This document shows, in pieces, positions 43,101 to 57,300 of a stretch of 64,000 bases of DNA. The stretch spans positions 245,396,001 to 245,460,000 of the forward strand of contig OZ024741.1 of assembly GCA_964016885.1 (NCBI GenBank). Reading direction: 5' to 3'. This DNA comes from Eledone cirrhosa (taxonomy: Eukaryota). The notes under the pieces are model-generated. The model was not told where the DNA came from, made no database searches, and saw only the letters and a program-made list of their open reading frames with translations. Within the stretch, counting starts at the first letter, position 1; each line of letters starts with the position of its first letter. Made by a program: the position numbers and the translations under genes.

Positions 43101-45309
43101 ATTTATAATGGATTTTTTTAATGGATTTTTTTTAATGGGTTTTTTTTAATGGATTTTTTTTTAATGGATTTTTTTTAATGGGTTTTTTTTTTAATGGATT
43201 TTTTTAAATGGATTTTTTAAATGGATTTTTTTAATGGATTTTTTTAATGGGTTTTTTTAAATGGATTTTTTTAAATGGATTTTTTTTAATGGATTTTTGA
43301 AATGAATTTTTTTAATGGATTTTTTTAATGGGTTTTTTAAATGGATTTTTTAATGGATTTTTAATGGATTTTTAATGGGTTTTTAATGGATTTTTTAATG
43401 GATTTTTTTAAATGGATTTTTTTAATGGATTTTTAATGGATTTTTTTTAATGGATTTTTTTAATGGATTTTTTAATGGATTTTTTTATGGATTTTTTTTA
43501 ATGGATTTTTTTTAATGGATTTTTTAAATGGATTTTTTTAATGGATTTTTTTAATGGGTTTTTTTTAATGGATTTTTTTTTAATGGATTTTTTAAATGGA
43601 TTTTTTTAATGGATTTTTTTTAATGGGTTTTTTTAATGGATTTTTTAATGGATTTTTAATGGATTTTTAATGGATTTTTAATGGGTTTTTAATGGATTTT
43701 TTTAAATGGATTTTTTTAATGGATTTTTAATGGATTTTTTTAAATTGATTTTTTTTAATGGATTTTTTTTTTAATGGATTTTTATTTAATGGATTTTTTT
43801 TAAATGGATTTTTTTTAATGGGTTTTTTAAATGGATTTTTTAATGGATTTTTAATGGATTTTTAATGGGTTTTTAATGGATTTTTTAAATGGATTTTTTT
43901 AATGGATTTTTAATGGATTTTTTTAAATTGATTTTTTTAATGGGTTTTTTTTTAATGGCTTTTTTTTAATGGGTTTTTTTAATGGCTTTTTTAAATGGAT
44001 TTTTTTAATGGATTTTTTTAATGGATTTTTTTTAATGGGTTTTTTAAATGGATTTTTTAATGGATTTTTTTAAATGGATTTTTTTAATGGATTTTTAATG
44101 GATTTTTTTAAATTGATTTTTTTTAATGGATTTTTTTTAATGGATTTTTTTTTTAATGGATTTTTTTAATGGGTTTTTTAAATGGATTTTTTAATGGATT
44201 TTTAATGGATTTTTAATGGATTTTTAATGGGTTTTTAATGGATTTTTTAAATGGATTTTTTTAATGGATTTTTTTAATGGGTTTTTTAAATGGATTTTTT
44301 TAATGGATTTTTAATGTATTTTTAATGGATTTTTAATGGGTTTTTAATGGATTTTTTAAATGGATTTTTTTAATGGATTTTTTTAATGGGTTTTTTTTAA
44401 TGGGTTTTTTTAAATGGATTTTTTTTAATGGATTTTTTAAATGGATTTTTTAATGGCTTTTTTTAATGGGTTTTTTAAATGGATTTTTTAATGGATTTTT
44501 AATGGATTTTTAATGCATTTTTAATGGATTTTTAATGGATTTTTTAATGAGTTTTTTAAATGGATTTTTTTAATGGATTTTTAATGGATTTTTTTCTATG
44601 GATTTTTTTAATGGATTTTTTTTTTAATGGATTTTTTTTTAATGGGTTTTTTTAATGGCTTTTTTAAATGGATTTTTTAATGGATTTTTAATGGATTTTT
44701 AATGGGTTTTTTTAAATTGATTTTTTTAATGGGTTTTTTTTAATGGCTTTTTTTAATGGCTTTTTTTAATGGCTTTTTTAAATGGATTTTTTTAATGGAT
44801 TTTTTAATGGATTTTTTTTAATGGGTTTTTTAAATGGATTTTTTAATGGATTTTTTTTTAATGGATTTTTTTAATGGATTTTTAATTGATTTTTTTAAAT
44901 TGATTTTTTTTAATGGATTTTTTTTAATGGATTTTTTTTTTAATGGATTTTTTTAATGGGTTTTTTTAATGGCTTTTTTAAATGAATTTTTTTAATGGTT
45001 TTTTTTTAATGGGTTTTTTAAATGGATTTTTTAATGGATTTTTAATTGATTTTTAATGGATTTTTAATGGGTTTTTAATGGATTTTTGAAATGGATTTTT
45101 TAATGGATTTTTTTAATGGGTTTTTTAAATGGATTTTTTTAATGGATTTTTAATGGATTTTTAATGGGTTTTTAATGGATTTTTTAAATGGATTTTTTTA
45201 ATGGATTTTTAATGGATTTTTTAAATTGATTTTTTTTAATGGGTTTTTTTAAATGGATTTTTTTTAATGGATTTTTTAAATGGATTTTTTAATGGCTTTT
45301 TTTAATGGG

Positions 45310-48300
45310 TTTTTTAAATGGATTTTTTAATGGATTTTTAATGGATTTTTAATGCATTTTTAATGGATTTTTAATGGATTTTTTAATGACTTTTTTTAAA
45401 TGGATTTTTAATGGATTTTTTCTATGGATTTTTTTTAATGGATTTTTTTTAATGGATTTTTTTTTTTAATGGATTTTTTTTTAATGGGTTTTTTTAATGG
45501 CTTTTTTAAATGGATTTTATTAATGGATTTTTTTAATGGATTTTTTTAATGGATTTTTTTAATGGTTTTTTTAAATGGATTTTTTAATGGATTTTTAATG
45601 GATTTTTAATGGATTTTTAATGGGTTTTTAATGGATTTTTTAAATGGATTTTTTTAATGGATTTTTAATGGATTTTTTTAATGGATTTTTTTTAATGGTT
45701 TCTTTTAATGGATTTTTTTTTAATGGATTTTTTTTAATGGGTTTTTTTTTTAATGGATTTTTTTTAATGGATTTTTTTAATGGATTTTTTAATGGATTTT
45801 TAATGGATTTTTTTTAATGGATTTTTTTTAATGGATTTTTTAAATGGATTTTTTTAATTGATTTTTTTAATGGTTTTTTTTTAATGGTTTTTTTTTAATG
45901 GATTTTTAAATGGATTTTTTTAATGGATTTTTTTAATGGGTTTTTTAAATGGATTTTTTAATGGATTTTTAATGGATTTTTAATGGATTTTTAATGGGTT
46001 TTTAATGGATTTTTTTAAATGGATTTTTTTAATGGATTTTTAATGGATTTTTTTAAATTGATTTTTTTAATGGATTTTTTTTTTAATGGATTTTTTTTAA
46101 TGGATTTTTGTTTTAATGGATTTTTTTTAATGGGTTTTTTAAATGGATTTTTTAATGGATTTTTAATGGATTTTTAATGGGTTTTTAATGGATTTTTTTA
46201 AATGGATTTTTTTAATGGATTTTTAATGGATTTTTTTAAATTGATTTTTTTAATGGGTTTTTTTAATGGCTTTTTTTTAATGGGTTTTTTTAATGGCTTT
46301 TTTAAATGGATTTTTTAAATGGATTTTTTTAATGGATTTTTTTTAATGGGTTTTTTAAATGGATTTTTTAATGGATTTTTTTAAATGTTTTTTTTAATGG
46401 ATTTTTAATGGATTTTTTTAAATTGATTTTTTTAATGGATTTTTTTTAATGGATTTTTTTTTAATGGATTTTTTTAATGGGTTTTTTTAATGGCTTTTTT
46501 AAATGGATTTTTTTAATGGATTTTTTTATTGGATTTTTTTAATGGGTTTTTTAATGGATTTTTAATGGATTTTTTTAAATTGATTTTTTTTAATGGATTT
46601 TTTTTTTAATGGATTTTTTTTTAATGGATTTTTTTTTAATGGATTTTTTTTAATGGGTTTTTTAAATGGATTTTTTAATGGATTTTTAATGGATTTTTAA
46701 TGGGTTTTTAATGGATTTTTTTAAATGGATTTTTTTAATGGATTTTTAATGGATTTTTTTAAATTGATTTTTTTAATGGGTTTTTTTTAATGGCTTTTTT
46801 AATGGGTTTTTTTAATGGATTTTTTTAATGGATTTTTTTAATGGATTTTTTTTAATGGGTTTTTTAAATGGATTTTTTAATGGATTTTTTTAAATGGATT
46901 TTTTTAATGGATTTTTAATGGATTTTTTTAAATTGATTTTTTTTAATGGATTTTTTTTTTAATGGATTTTTTTTTAATGGATTTTTTTTAATGGATTTTT
47001 TTAATGGGTTTTTTAAATGGATTTTTTAATGGATTTTTAATGGATTTATAATGGGTTTTTTTAAATTGATTTTTTTAATGGGTTTTTTTAATGGCTTTTT
47101 TTAAATGGGTTTTTTTAATGGCTTTTTTAAATGGATTTTTTTAATGGATTTTTTAATGGATTTTTTTTAATGGGTTTTTTAAATGGATTTTTTAATGGAT
47201 TTTTTTAAATGGATTTTTTTAATGGATTTTTAATGGATTTTTTTAAATTGATTTTTTTTAATTGATTTTTTTTAATGGATTTTTTTCTTAATGGATTTTT
47301 TTAATGGGTTTTTTTAATGGCTTTTTTAAATGGATTTTTTTAATGGTTTTTTTTTAATGGGTTTTTTAAATGGATTTTTTAATGGATTTTTAATTGATTT
47401 TTAATGGATTTTTAATGGGTTTTTAATGGATTTTTGAAATGGATTTTTTAATGGATTTTTTTTAATGGGTTTTTTAAATGGATTTTTTTAATGGATTTTT
47501 AATGAATTTTTAATGGATTTTTAATGGGTTTTTAATGGATTTTTTAAATGGATTTTTTTAATGGATTTTTAATGGATTTTTTTAATGGATTTTTTTTAAT
47601 GGTTTCTTTTAATGGATTTTTTTTTAATGGATTTTTTTTAATGGGTTTTTTTTTAATGGATTTTTTTTAATGGATTTTTTTAATGGATTTTTTTAATGGA
47701 TTTTTAATGGATTTTTTTTAATGGATTTTTTTAATGGATTTTTTAATGGATTTTTTTATGGATTTTTTTTAATGGATTTTTTTTAATGGATTTTTTAAAT
47801 GGATTTTTTTAATGGATTTTTTTAATGGGTTTTTTTAATGGATTTCTTTTTAATGGATTTTTTAAATGGATTTTTTTAATGGATTTTTTTAATGGGTTTT
47901 TTAAATGGATTTTTTAATGTATTTTTAATGGATTTTTAATGGATTTTTAATGGGTTTTTAATGGATTTTTTTTAATGGATTTTTTTAATGGATTTTTTTA
48001 ATGGATTTTTTTTAATGGGTTTTTTTAATGGCTTTTTTAAATGGATTTTTTTAATGGATTTTTTTTAATGGGTTTTTTTTTAATGGATTTTTTTTAATGG
48101 ATTTTTTAAATGGATTTTTTTAATGAATTTTTTTTAATGGGTTTTTTTAAATGGATTTTTTTTAATGGATTTTTTAAATGAATTTTTTTAATGGATTTTT
48201 TTAATGGGTTTTTTAAATGGATTTTTTAATGGATTTTTAATGGATTTTTAATGGGTTTTTAATGGATTTTTTAATGGATTTTTTTAAATGGATTTTTTTA

Positions 48301-51300
48301 ATGGATTTTTAATGGATTTTTTTTAATGGATTTTTTTAATGGATTTTTTAATGGATTTTTTAATGGATTTTTTTTAATGGATTTTTTTAATGGATTTTTT
48401 AAATGGATTTTTTAATGGATTTTTTTAATGGGTTTTTTTTAATGGATTTTTTTTTAATGGATTTTTTAAATGGATTTTTTTAATGGATTTTTTTTAATGG
48501 GTTTTTTAAATGGATTTTTTAATGGATTTTTAATGGATTTTTAATGGATTTTTAATGGGTTTTTAATGGATTTTTTTAAATGGATTTTTTTAATGGATTT
48601 TTAATGGATTTTTTTAAATTGATTTTTTTTAATGGATTTTTTTTTTAATGGATTTTTTTTTAATGGATTTTTTTTAATGGATTTTTTTAATGGGTTTTTT
48701 AAATGGATTTTTTAATGGATTTTTAATGGATTTTTAATGGGTTTTTTTAAATTGATTTTTTTAATGGGTTTTTTTTAATGGCTTTTTTTTAATGGGTTTT
48801 TTTAATGGCTTTTTTAAATGGATTTTTTTAATGGATTTTTTAATGGATTTTTTTTAATGGGTTTTTTAAATGGATTTTTTAATGGATTTTTTTAAATGGA
48901 TTTTTTTAATGGATTTTTAATGGATTTTTTTAAATTGATTTTTTTTAATGGATTTTTTTTAATGGATTTTTTTTTTAATGGATTTTTTTAATGGGTTTTT
49001 TTAATGGCTTTTTTAAATGGATTTTTTTAATGGTTTTTTTTTAATGGGTTTTTTAAATGGATTTTTTAATGGATTTTTAATTGATTTTTAATGGATTTTT
49101 AATGGGTTTTTAATGGATTTTTTTAAATGGATTTTTTTAATGGATTTTTAATGGATTTTTTTAAATTGATTTTTTTAATGGATTTTTTTTTTAATGGATT
49201 TTTTTTAATGGATTTTTGTTTTAATGGATTTTTTTTAATGGGTTTTTTAAATGGATTTTTTAATGGATTTTTAATGGATTTTTAATGGGTTTTTAATGGA
49301 TTTTTTTTAATGGATTTTTTTAATGGATTTTTAATGGCTTTTTTTAAATTGATTTTTTTAATGGGTTTTTTTAATGGCTTTTTTTTAATGGGTTTTTTTA
49401 ATGGCTTTTTTAAATGGATTTTTTTAATGGATTTTTTTAATGGATTTTTTTAATGGGTTTTTTAAATGGATTTTTTAATGGATTTTTTTAAATGTTTTTT
49501 TTAATGGATTTTTAATGGATTTTTTTAAATTGATTTTTTTTAATGGATTTTTTTTAATGGATTTTTTTTTAATGGATTTTTTTAATGGGTTTTTTTAATG
49601 GCTTTTTTAAATGGATTTTTTTAATGGATTTTTTTATTGGATTTTTTTAATGGGTTTTTTAATGGATTTTTAATGGATTTTTTTAAATTGATTTTTTTTA
49701 ATGGATTTTTTTTTTAATGGATTTTTTTTTAATGGATTTTTTTTTAATGGATTTTTTTTAATGGGTTTTTTTAATGGGTTTTTTAAATGGATTTTTTAAT
49801 GGATTTTTAATAGATTTTTAATGGATTTTTAATGGGTTTTTAATGGATTTTTTAAATGGATTTTTTTTAATGGATTTTTTTTAATGGGTTTTTTAAATGG
49901 ATTTTTTTAATGGATTTTTAATGGATTTTTAATGGATTTTTAATGGTTTTTAATGGATTTTTTAAATGGATTTTTTTAATGGATTTTTTATGGATTTTTT
50001 AAATTGATTTTTTTAATGGATTTTTTTTAATGGATTTTTTTTAATGGATTTTTTTTTTTAATGGATTTTTTTTTAATGGGTTTTTTTAATGGCTTTTTTA
50101 AATGGATTTTTTTAATGGATTTCTTTAATGGATTTTTTTAATGGATTTTTTTAATGGGTTTTTTTAATGGCTTTTTTAAATGGATTTTTTTAATGGATTT
50201 TTTTTAATGGGTTTTTTTTTAATGGATTTTTTTTAATGGATTTTTTAAATGGATTTTTTTAATGAATTTTTTTTAATGGGTTTTTTTAAATGGATTTTTT
50301 TTAATGGATTTTTTAAATGAATTTTTTTAATGGATTTTTTTAATGGGTTTTTTAAATGGATTTTTTAATGGATTTTTAATGGATTTTTAATGGGTTTTTA
50401 ATGGATTTTTTAATGGATTTTTTTAAATGGATTTTTTTAATGGATTTTTAATGGATTTTTTTTAATGGATTTTTTTAATGGATTTTTTAATGGATTTTTT
50501 AATGGATTTTTTTTAATGGATTTTTTTAATGGATTTTTTAAATGGATTTTTTAATGGATTTTTTTAATGGGTTTTTTTTAATGGATTTTTTTTTAATGGA
50601 TTTTTTAAATGGATTTTTTTAATGGATTTTTTTTAATGGGTTTTTTAAATGGATTTTTTAATGGATTTTTAATGGATTTTTAATGGATTTTTAATGGGTT
50701 TTTAATGGATTTTTTTAAATGGATTTTTTTAATGGATTTTTAATGGATTTTTTTAAATTGATTTTTTTTAATGGATTTTTTTTTTAATGGATTTTTTTTT
50801 AATGGATTTTTTTTTAATGGATTTTTTTAATGGGTTTTTTAAATGGATTTTTTAATGGATTTTTAATGGATTTTTAATGGGTTTTTTTAAATTGATTTTT
50901 TTAATGGGTTTTTTTTAATGGCTTTTTTTTAATGGGTTTTTTTAATGGCTTTTTTAAATGGATTTTTTTAATGGATTTTTTAATGGATTTTTTTTAATGG
51001 GTTTTTTAAATGGATTTTTTAATGGATTTTTTTAAATGGATTTTTTTAATGGATTTTTAATGGATTTTTTTAAATTGATTTTTTTTAATGGATTTTTTTT
51101 AATGGATTTTTTTTTTAATGGATTTTTTTAATGGGTTTTTTTAATGGCTTTTTTAAATGGATTTTTTTAATGGTTTTTTTTTAATGGGTTTTTTAAATGG
51201 ATTTTTTAATGGATTTTTAATTGATTTTTAATGGATTTTTAATGGATTTTTAATGGGTTTTTAATGGATTTTTTTTAATGGATTTTTTTAATGGATTTTT

Positions 51301-54300
51301 AATGGATTTTTTTAATGGATTTTTTTAATGGGTTTTTTTAATGGATTTTTTTTAATGGATTTTTTTAATGGGTTTTTTTTAATGGATTTTTTTTAATGGA
51401 TTTTTTAAATGGATTTTTTTAATGGATTTTTTTTAATGGGTTTTTTTAAATGGATTTTTTTTAATGGATTTTTAAATGAATTTTTTTAATGGATTTTTTA
51501 ATGGGTTTTTTAAATGGATTTTTTAATGGATTTTTAATGGATTTTTAATGGATTTTTAATGGATTTTTTAATGGATTTTTTTAAATGGATTTTTTTAATG
51601 GATTTTTAATGCATTTTTTTTAATGGATTTTTTTAATGGATTTTTTTTTTAATGGATTTTTTTTTAATGGATTTTTTTTTAATGAATTTTTTTTAATGGG
51701 TTTTTTAAATGGATTTTTTAATGGATTTTTAATGGATTTTTAATGGGTTTTTAATGGATTTTTTAATGGATTTTTTTAAATGGATTTTTTTAATGGATTT
51801 TTAATGGATTTTTTTTAATGGATTTTTTTAATGGATTTTTTAATGGATTTTTTAATGGATTTTTTTTAATGGATTTTTTTAATGGATTTTTTAAATGGAT
51901 TTTTTTAATGAATTTTTTTTAATGGGTTTTTTAAATGGATTTTTTAATGGATTTTTAATGGATTTTTAATGCATTTTTAATGGATTTTTAATGGATTTTT
52001 TAATGACTTTTTTTAAATGGATTTTTAATGGATTTTTTCTATGGATTTTTTTTAATGGATTTTTTTTAATGGATTTTTTTTTTTAATGGATTTTTTTTTA
52101 ATGGGTTTTTTTAATGGCTTTTTTAAATGGATTTTATTAATGGATTTTTTTAATGGATTTTTTTAATGGATTTTTTTAATGGTTTTTTTAAATGGATTTT
52201 TTAATGGATTTTTAATGGATTTTTAATGGATTTTTAATGGGTTTTTAATGGATTTTTTAAATGGATTTTTTTAATGGATTTTTAATGGATTTTTTTAATG
52301 GATTTTTTTTAATGGTTTCTTTTAATGGATTTTTTTTTAATGGATTTTTTTTAATGGGTTTTTTTTTTAATGGATTTTTTTTAATGGATTTTTTTAATGG
52401 ATTTTTTAATGGATTTTTAATGGATTTTTTTTAATGGATTTTTTTTAATGGATTTTTTAAATGGATTTTTTTAATTGATTTTTTTAATGGTTTTTTTTTA
52501 ATGGTTTTTTTTTAATGGATTTTTAAATGGATTTTTTTAATGGATTTTTTTAATGGGTTTTTTAAATGGATTTTTTAATGGATTTTTAATGGATTTTTAA
52601 TGGATTTTTAATGGGTTTTTAATGGATTTTTTTAAATGGATTTTTTTAATGGATTTTTAATGGATTTTTTTAAATTGATTTTTTTAATGGATTTTTTTTT
52701 TAATGGATTTTTTTTAATGGATTTTTGTTTTAATGGATTTTTTTTAATGGGTTTTTTAAATGGATTTTTTAATGGATTTTTAATGGATTTTTAATGGGTT
52801 TTTAATGGATTTTTTTAAATGGATTTTTTTAATGGATTTTTAATGGATTTTTTTAAATTGATTTTTTTAATGGGTTTTTTTAATGGCTTTTTTTTAATGG
52901 GTTTTTTTAATGGCTTTTTTAAATGGATTTTTTAAATGGATTTTTTTAATGGATTTTTTTTAATGGGTTTTTTAAATGGATTTTTTAATGGATTTTTTTA
53001 AATGTTTTTTTTAATGGATTTTTAATGGATTTTTTTAAATTGATTTTTTTAATGGATTTTTTTTAATGGATTTTTTTTTAATGGATTTTTTTAATGGGTT
53101 TTTTTAATGGCTTTTTTAAATGGATTTTTTTAATGGATTTTTTTATTGGATTTTTTTAATGGGTTTTTTAATGGATTTTTAATGGATTTTTTTAAATTGA
53201 TTTTTTTTAATGGATTTTTTTTTTAATGGATTTTTTTTTAATGGATTTTTTTTTAATGGATTTTTTTTAATGGGTTTTTTAAATGGATTTTTTAATGGAT
53301 TTTTAATGGATTTTTAATGGGTTTTTAATGGATTTTTTTAAATGGATTTTTTTAATGGATTTTTAATGGATTTTTTTAAATTGATTTTTTTAATGGGTTT
53401 TTTTTAATGGCTTTTTTAATGGGTTTTTTTAATGGATTTTTTTAATGGATTTTTTTAATGGATTTTTTTTAATGGGTTTTTTAAATGGATTTTTTAATGG
53501 ATTTTTTTAAATGGATTTTTTTAATGGATTTTTAATGGATTTTTTTAAATTGATTTTTTTTAATGGATTTTTTTTTTAATGGATTTTTTTTTAATGGATT
53601 TTTTTTAATGGATTTTTTTAATGGGTTTTTTAAATGGATTTTTTAATGGATTTTTAATGGATTTATAATGGGTTTTTTTAAATTGATTTTTTTAATGGGT
53701 TTTTTTAATGGCTTTTTTTAAATGGGTTTTTTTAATGGCTTTTTTAAATGGATTTTTTTAATGGATTTTTTAATGGATTTTTTTTAATGGGTTTTTTAAA
53801 TGGATTTTTTAATGGATTTTTTTAAATGGATTTTTTTAATGGATTTTTAATGGATTTTTTTAAATTGATTTTTTTTAATTGATTTTTTTTAATGGATTTT
53901 TTTCTTAATGGATTTTTTTAATGGGTTTTTTTAATGGCTTTTTTAAATGGATTTTTTTAATGGTTTTTTTTTAATGGGTTTTTTAAATGGATTTTTTAAT
54001 GGATTTTTAATTGATTTTTAATGGATTTTTAATGGGTTTTTAATGGATTTTTGAAATGGATTTTTTAATGGATTTTTTTTAATGGGTTTTTTAAATGGAT
54101 TTTTTTAATGGATTTTTAATGAATTTTTAATGGATTTTTAATGGGTTTTTAATGGATTTTTTAAATGGATTTTTTTAATGGATTTTTAATGGATTTTTTT
54201 AATGGATTTTTTTTAATGGTTTCTTTTAATGGATTTTTTTTTAATGGATTTTTTTTAATGGGTTTTTTTTTAATGGATTTTTTTTAATGGATTTTTTTAA

Positions 54301-57300
54301 TGGATTTTTTTAATGGATTTTTAATGGATTTTTTTTAATGGATTTTTTTAATGGATTTTTTAATGGATTTTTTTATGGATTTTTTTTAATGGATTTTTTT
54401 TAATGGATTTTTTAAATGGATTTTTTTAATGGATTTTTTTAATGGGTTTTTTTAATGGATTTCTTTTTAATGGATTTTTTAAATGGATTTTTTTAATGGA
54501 TTTTTTTAATGGGTTTTTTAAATGGATTTTTTAATGTATTTTTAATGGATTTTTAATGGATTTTTAATGGGTTTTTAATGGATTTTTTTTAATGGATTTT
54601 TTTAATGGATTTTTTTAATGGATTTTTTTTAATGGGTTTTTTTAATGGCTTTTTTAAATGGATTTTTTTAATGGATTTTTTTTAATGGGTTTTTTTTTAA
54701 TGGATGTTTTTTAATGGATTTTTTAAATGGATTTTTTTAATGAATTTTTTTTAATGGGTTTTTTTAAATGGATTTTTTTTAATGGATTTTTTAAATGAAT
54801 TTTTTTAATGGATTTTTTTAATGGGTTTTTTAAATGGATTTTTTAATGGATTTTTAATGGATTTTTAATGGGTTTTTAATGGATTTTTTAATGGATTTTT
54901 TTAAATGGATTTTTTTAATGGATTTTTAATGGATTTTTTTTAATGGATTTTTTTAATGGATTTTTTAATGGATTTTTTAATGGATTTTTTTTAATGGATT
55001 TTTTTAATGGATTTTTTAAATGGATTTTTTAATGGATTTTTTTAATGGGTTTTTTTTAATGGATTTTTTTTTAATGGATTTTTTAAATGGATTTTTTTAA
55101 TGGATTTTTTTTAATGGGTTTTTTAAATGGATTTTTTAATGGATTTTTAATGGATTTTTAATGGATTTTTAATGGGTTTTTAATGGATTTTTTTAAATGG
55201 ATTTTTTTAATGGATTTTTAATGGATTTTTTTAAATTGATTTTTTTTAATGGATTTTTTTTTTAATGGATTTTTTTTTAATGGATTTTTTTTAATGGATT
55301 TTTTTAATGGGTTTTTTAAATGGATTTTTTAATGGATTTTTAATGGATTTTTAATGGGTTTTTTTAAATTGATTTTTTTAATGGGTTTTTTTTAATGGCT
55401 TTTTTTTAATGGGTTTTTTTAATGGCTTTTTTAAATGGATTTTTTTAATGGATTTTTTAATGGATTTTTTTTAATGGGTTTTTTAAATGGATTTTTTAAT
55501 GGATTTTTTTAAATGGATTTTTTTAATGGATTTTTAATGGATTTTTTTAAATTGATTTTTTTTAATGGATTTTTTTTAATGGATTTTTTTTTTAATGGAT
55601 TTTTTTAATGGGTTTTTTTAATGGCTTTTTTAAATGGATTTTTTTAATGGTTTTTTTTTAATGGGTTTTTTAAATGGATTTTTTAATGGATTTTTAATTG
55701 ATTTTTAATGGATTTTTAATGGGTTTTTAATGGATTTTTTTAAATGGATTTTTTTAATGGATTTTAATGGATTTTTTTAAATTGATTTTTTTAATGGATT
55801 TTTTTTTTAATGGATTTTTTTTAATGGATTTTTGTTTTAATGGATTTTTTTTAATGGGTTTTTTAAATGGATTTTTTAATGGATTTTTAATGGATTTTTA
55901 ATGGGTTTTTAATGGATTTTTTTAATGGATTTTTTTAATGGATTTTTAATGGCTTTTTTTAAATTGATTTTTTTAATGGGTTTTTTTAATGGCTTTTTTT
56001 TAATGGGTTTTTTTAATGGCTTTTTTAAATGGATTTTTTTAATGGATTTTTTTAATGGATTTTTTTAATGGGTTTTTTAAATGGATTTTTTAATGGATTT
56101 TTTTAAATGTTTTTTTTAATGGATTTTTAATGGATTTTTTTAAATTGATTTTTTTTAATGGATTTTTTTTAATGGATTTTTTTTTAATGGATTTTTTTAA
56201 TGGGTTTTTTTAATGGCTTTTTTAAATGGATTTTTTTAATGGATTTTTTTATTGGATTTTTTTAATGGGTTTTTTAATGGATTTTTAATGGATTTTTTTA
56301 AATGATTTTTTTTAATGGATTTTTTTTTTAATGGATTTTTTTTTAATGGATTTTTTTTTAATGGATTTTTTTTAATGGGTTTTTTTAATGGGTTTTTTAA
56401 ATGGATTTTTTAATGGATTTTTAATAGATTTTTAATGGATTTTTAATGGGTTTTTAATGGATTTTTTAAATGGATTTTTTTTAATGGATTTTTTTTAATG
56501 GGTTTTTTAAATGGATTTTTTTAATGGATTTTTAATGGATTTTTAATGGATTTTTAATGGTTTTTAATGGATTTTTTAAATGGATTTTTTTAATGGATTT
56601 TTTATGGATTTTTTAAATTGATTTTTTTAATGGATTTTTTTTAATGGATTTTTTTTAATGGATTTTTTTTTTTAATGGATTTTTTTTTAATGGGTTTTTT
56701 TAATGGCTTTTTTAAATGGATTTTTTTAATGGATTTCTTTAATGGATTTTTTTAATGGATTTTTTTAATGGGTTTTTTTAATGGCTTTTTTAAATGGATT
56801 TTTTTAATGGATTTTTTTTAATGGGTTTTTTTTTAATGGATTTTTTTTAATGGATTTTTTAAATGGATTTTTTTAATGAATTTTTTTTAATGGGTTTTTT
56901 TAAATGGATTTTTTTTAATGGATTTTTTAAATGAATTTTTTTAATGGATTTTTTTAATGGGTTTTTTAAATGGATTTTTTAATGGATTTTTAATGGATTT
57001 TTAATGGGTTTTTAATGGATTTTTTAATGGATTTTTTTAAATGGATTTTTTTAATGGATTTTTAATGGATTTTTTTTAATGGATTTTTTTAATGGATTTT
57101 TTAATGGATTTTTTAATGGATTTTTTTTAATGGATTTTTTTAATGGATTTTTTAAATGGATTTTTTAATGGATTTTTTTAATGGGTTTTTTTTAATGGAT
57201 TTTTTTTTAATGGATTTTTTAAATGGATTTTTTTAATGGATTTTTTTTAATGGGTTTTTTAAATGGATTTTTTAATGGATTTTTAATGGATTTTTAATGG

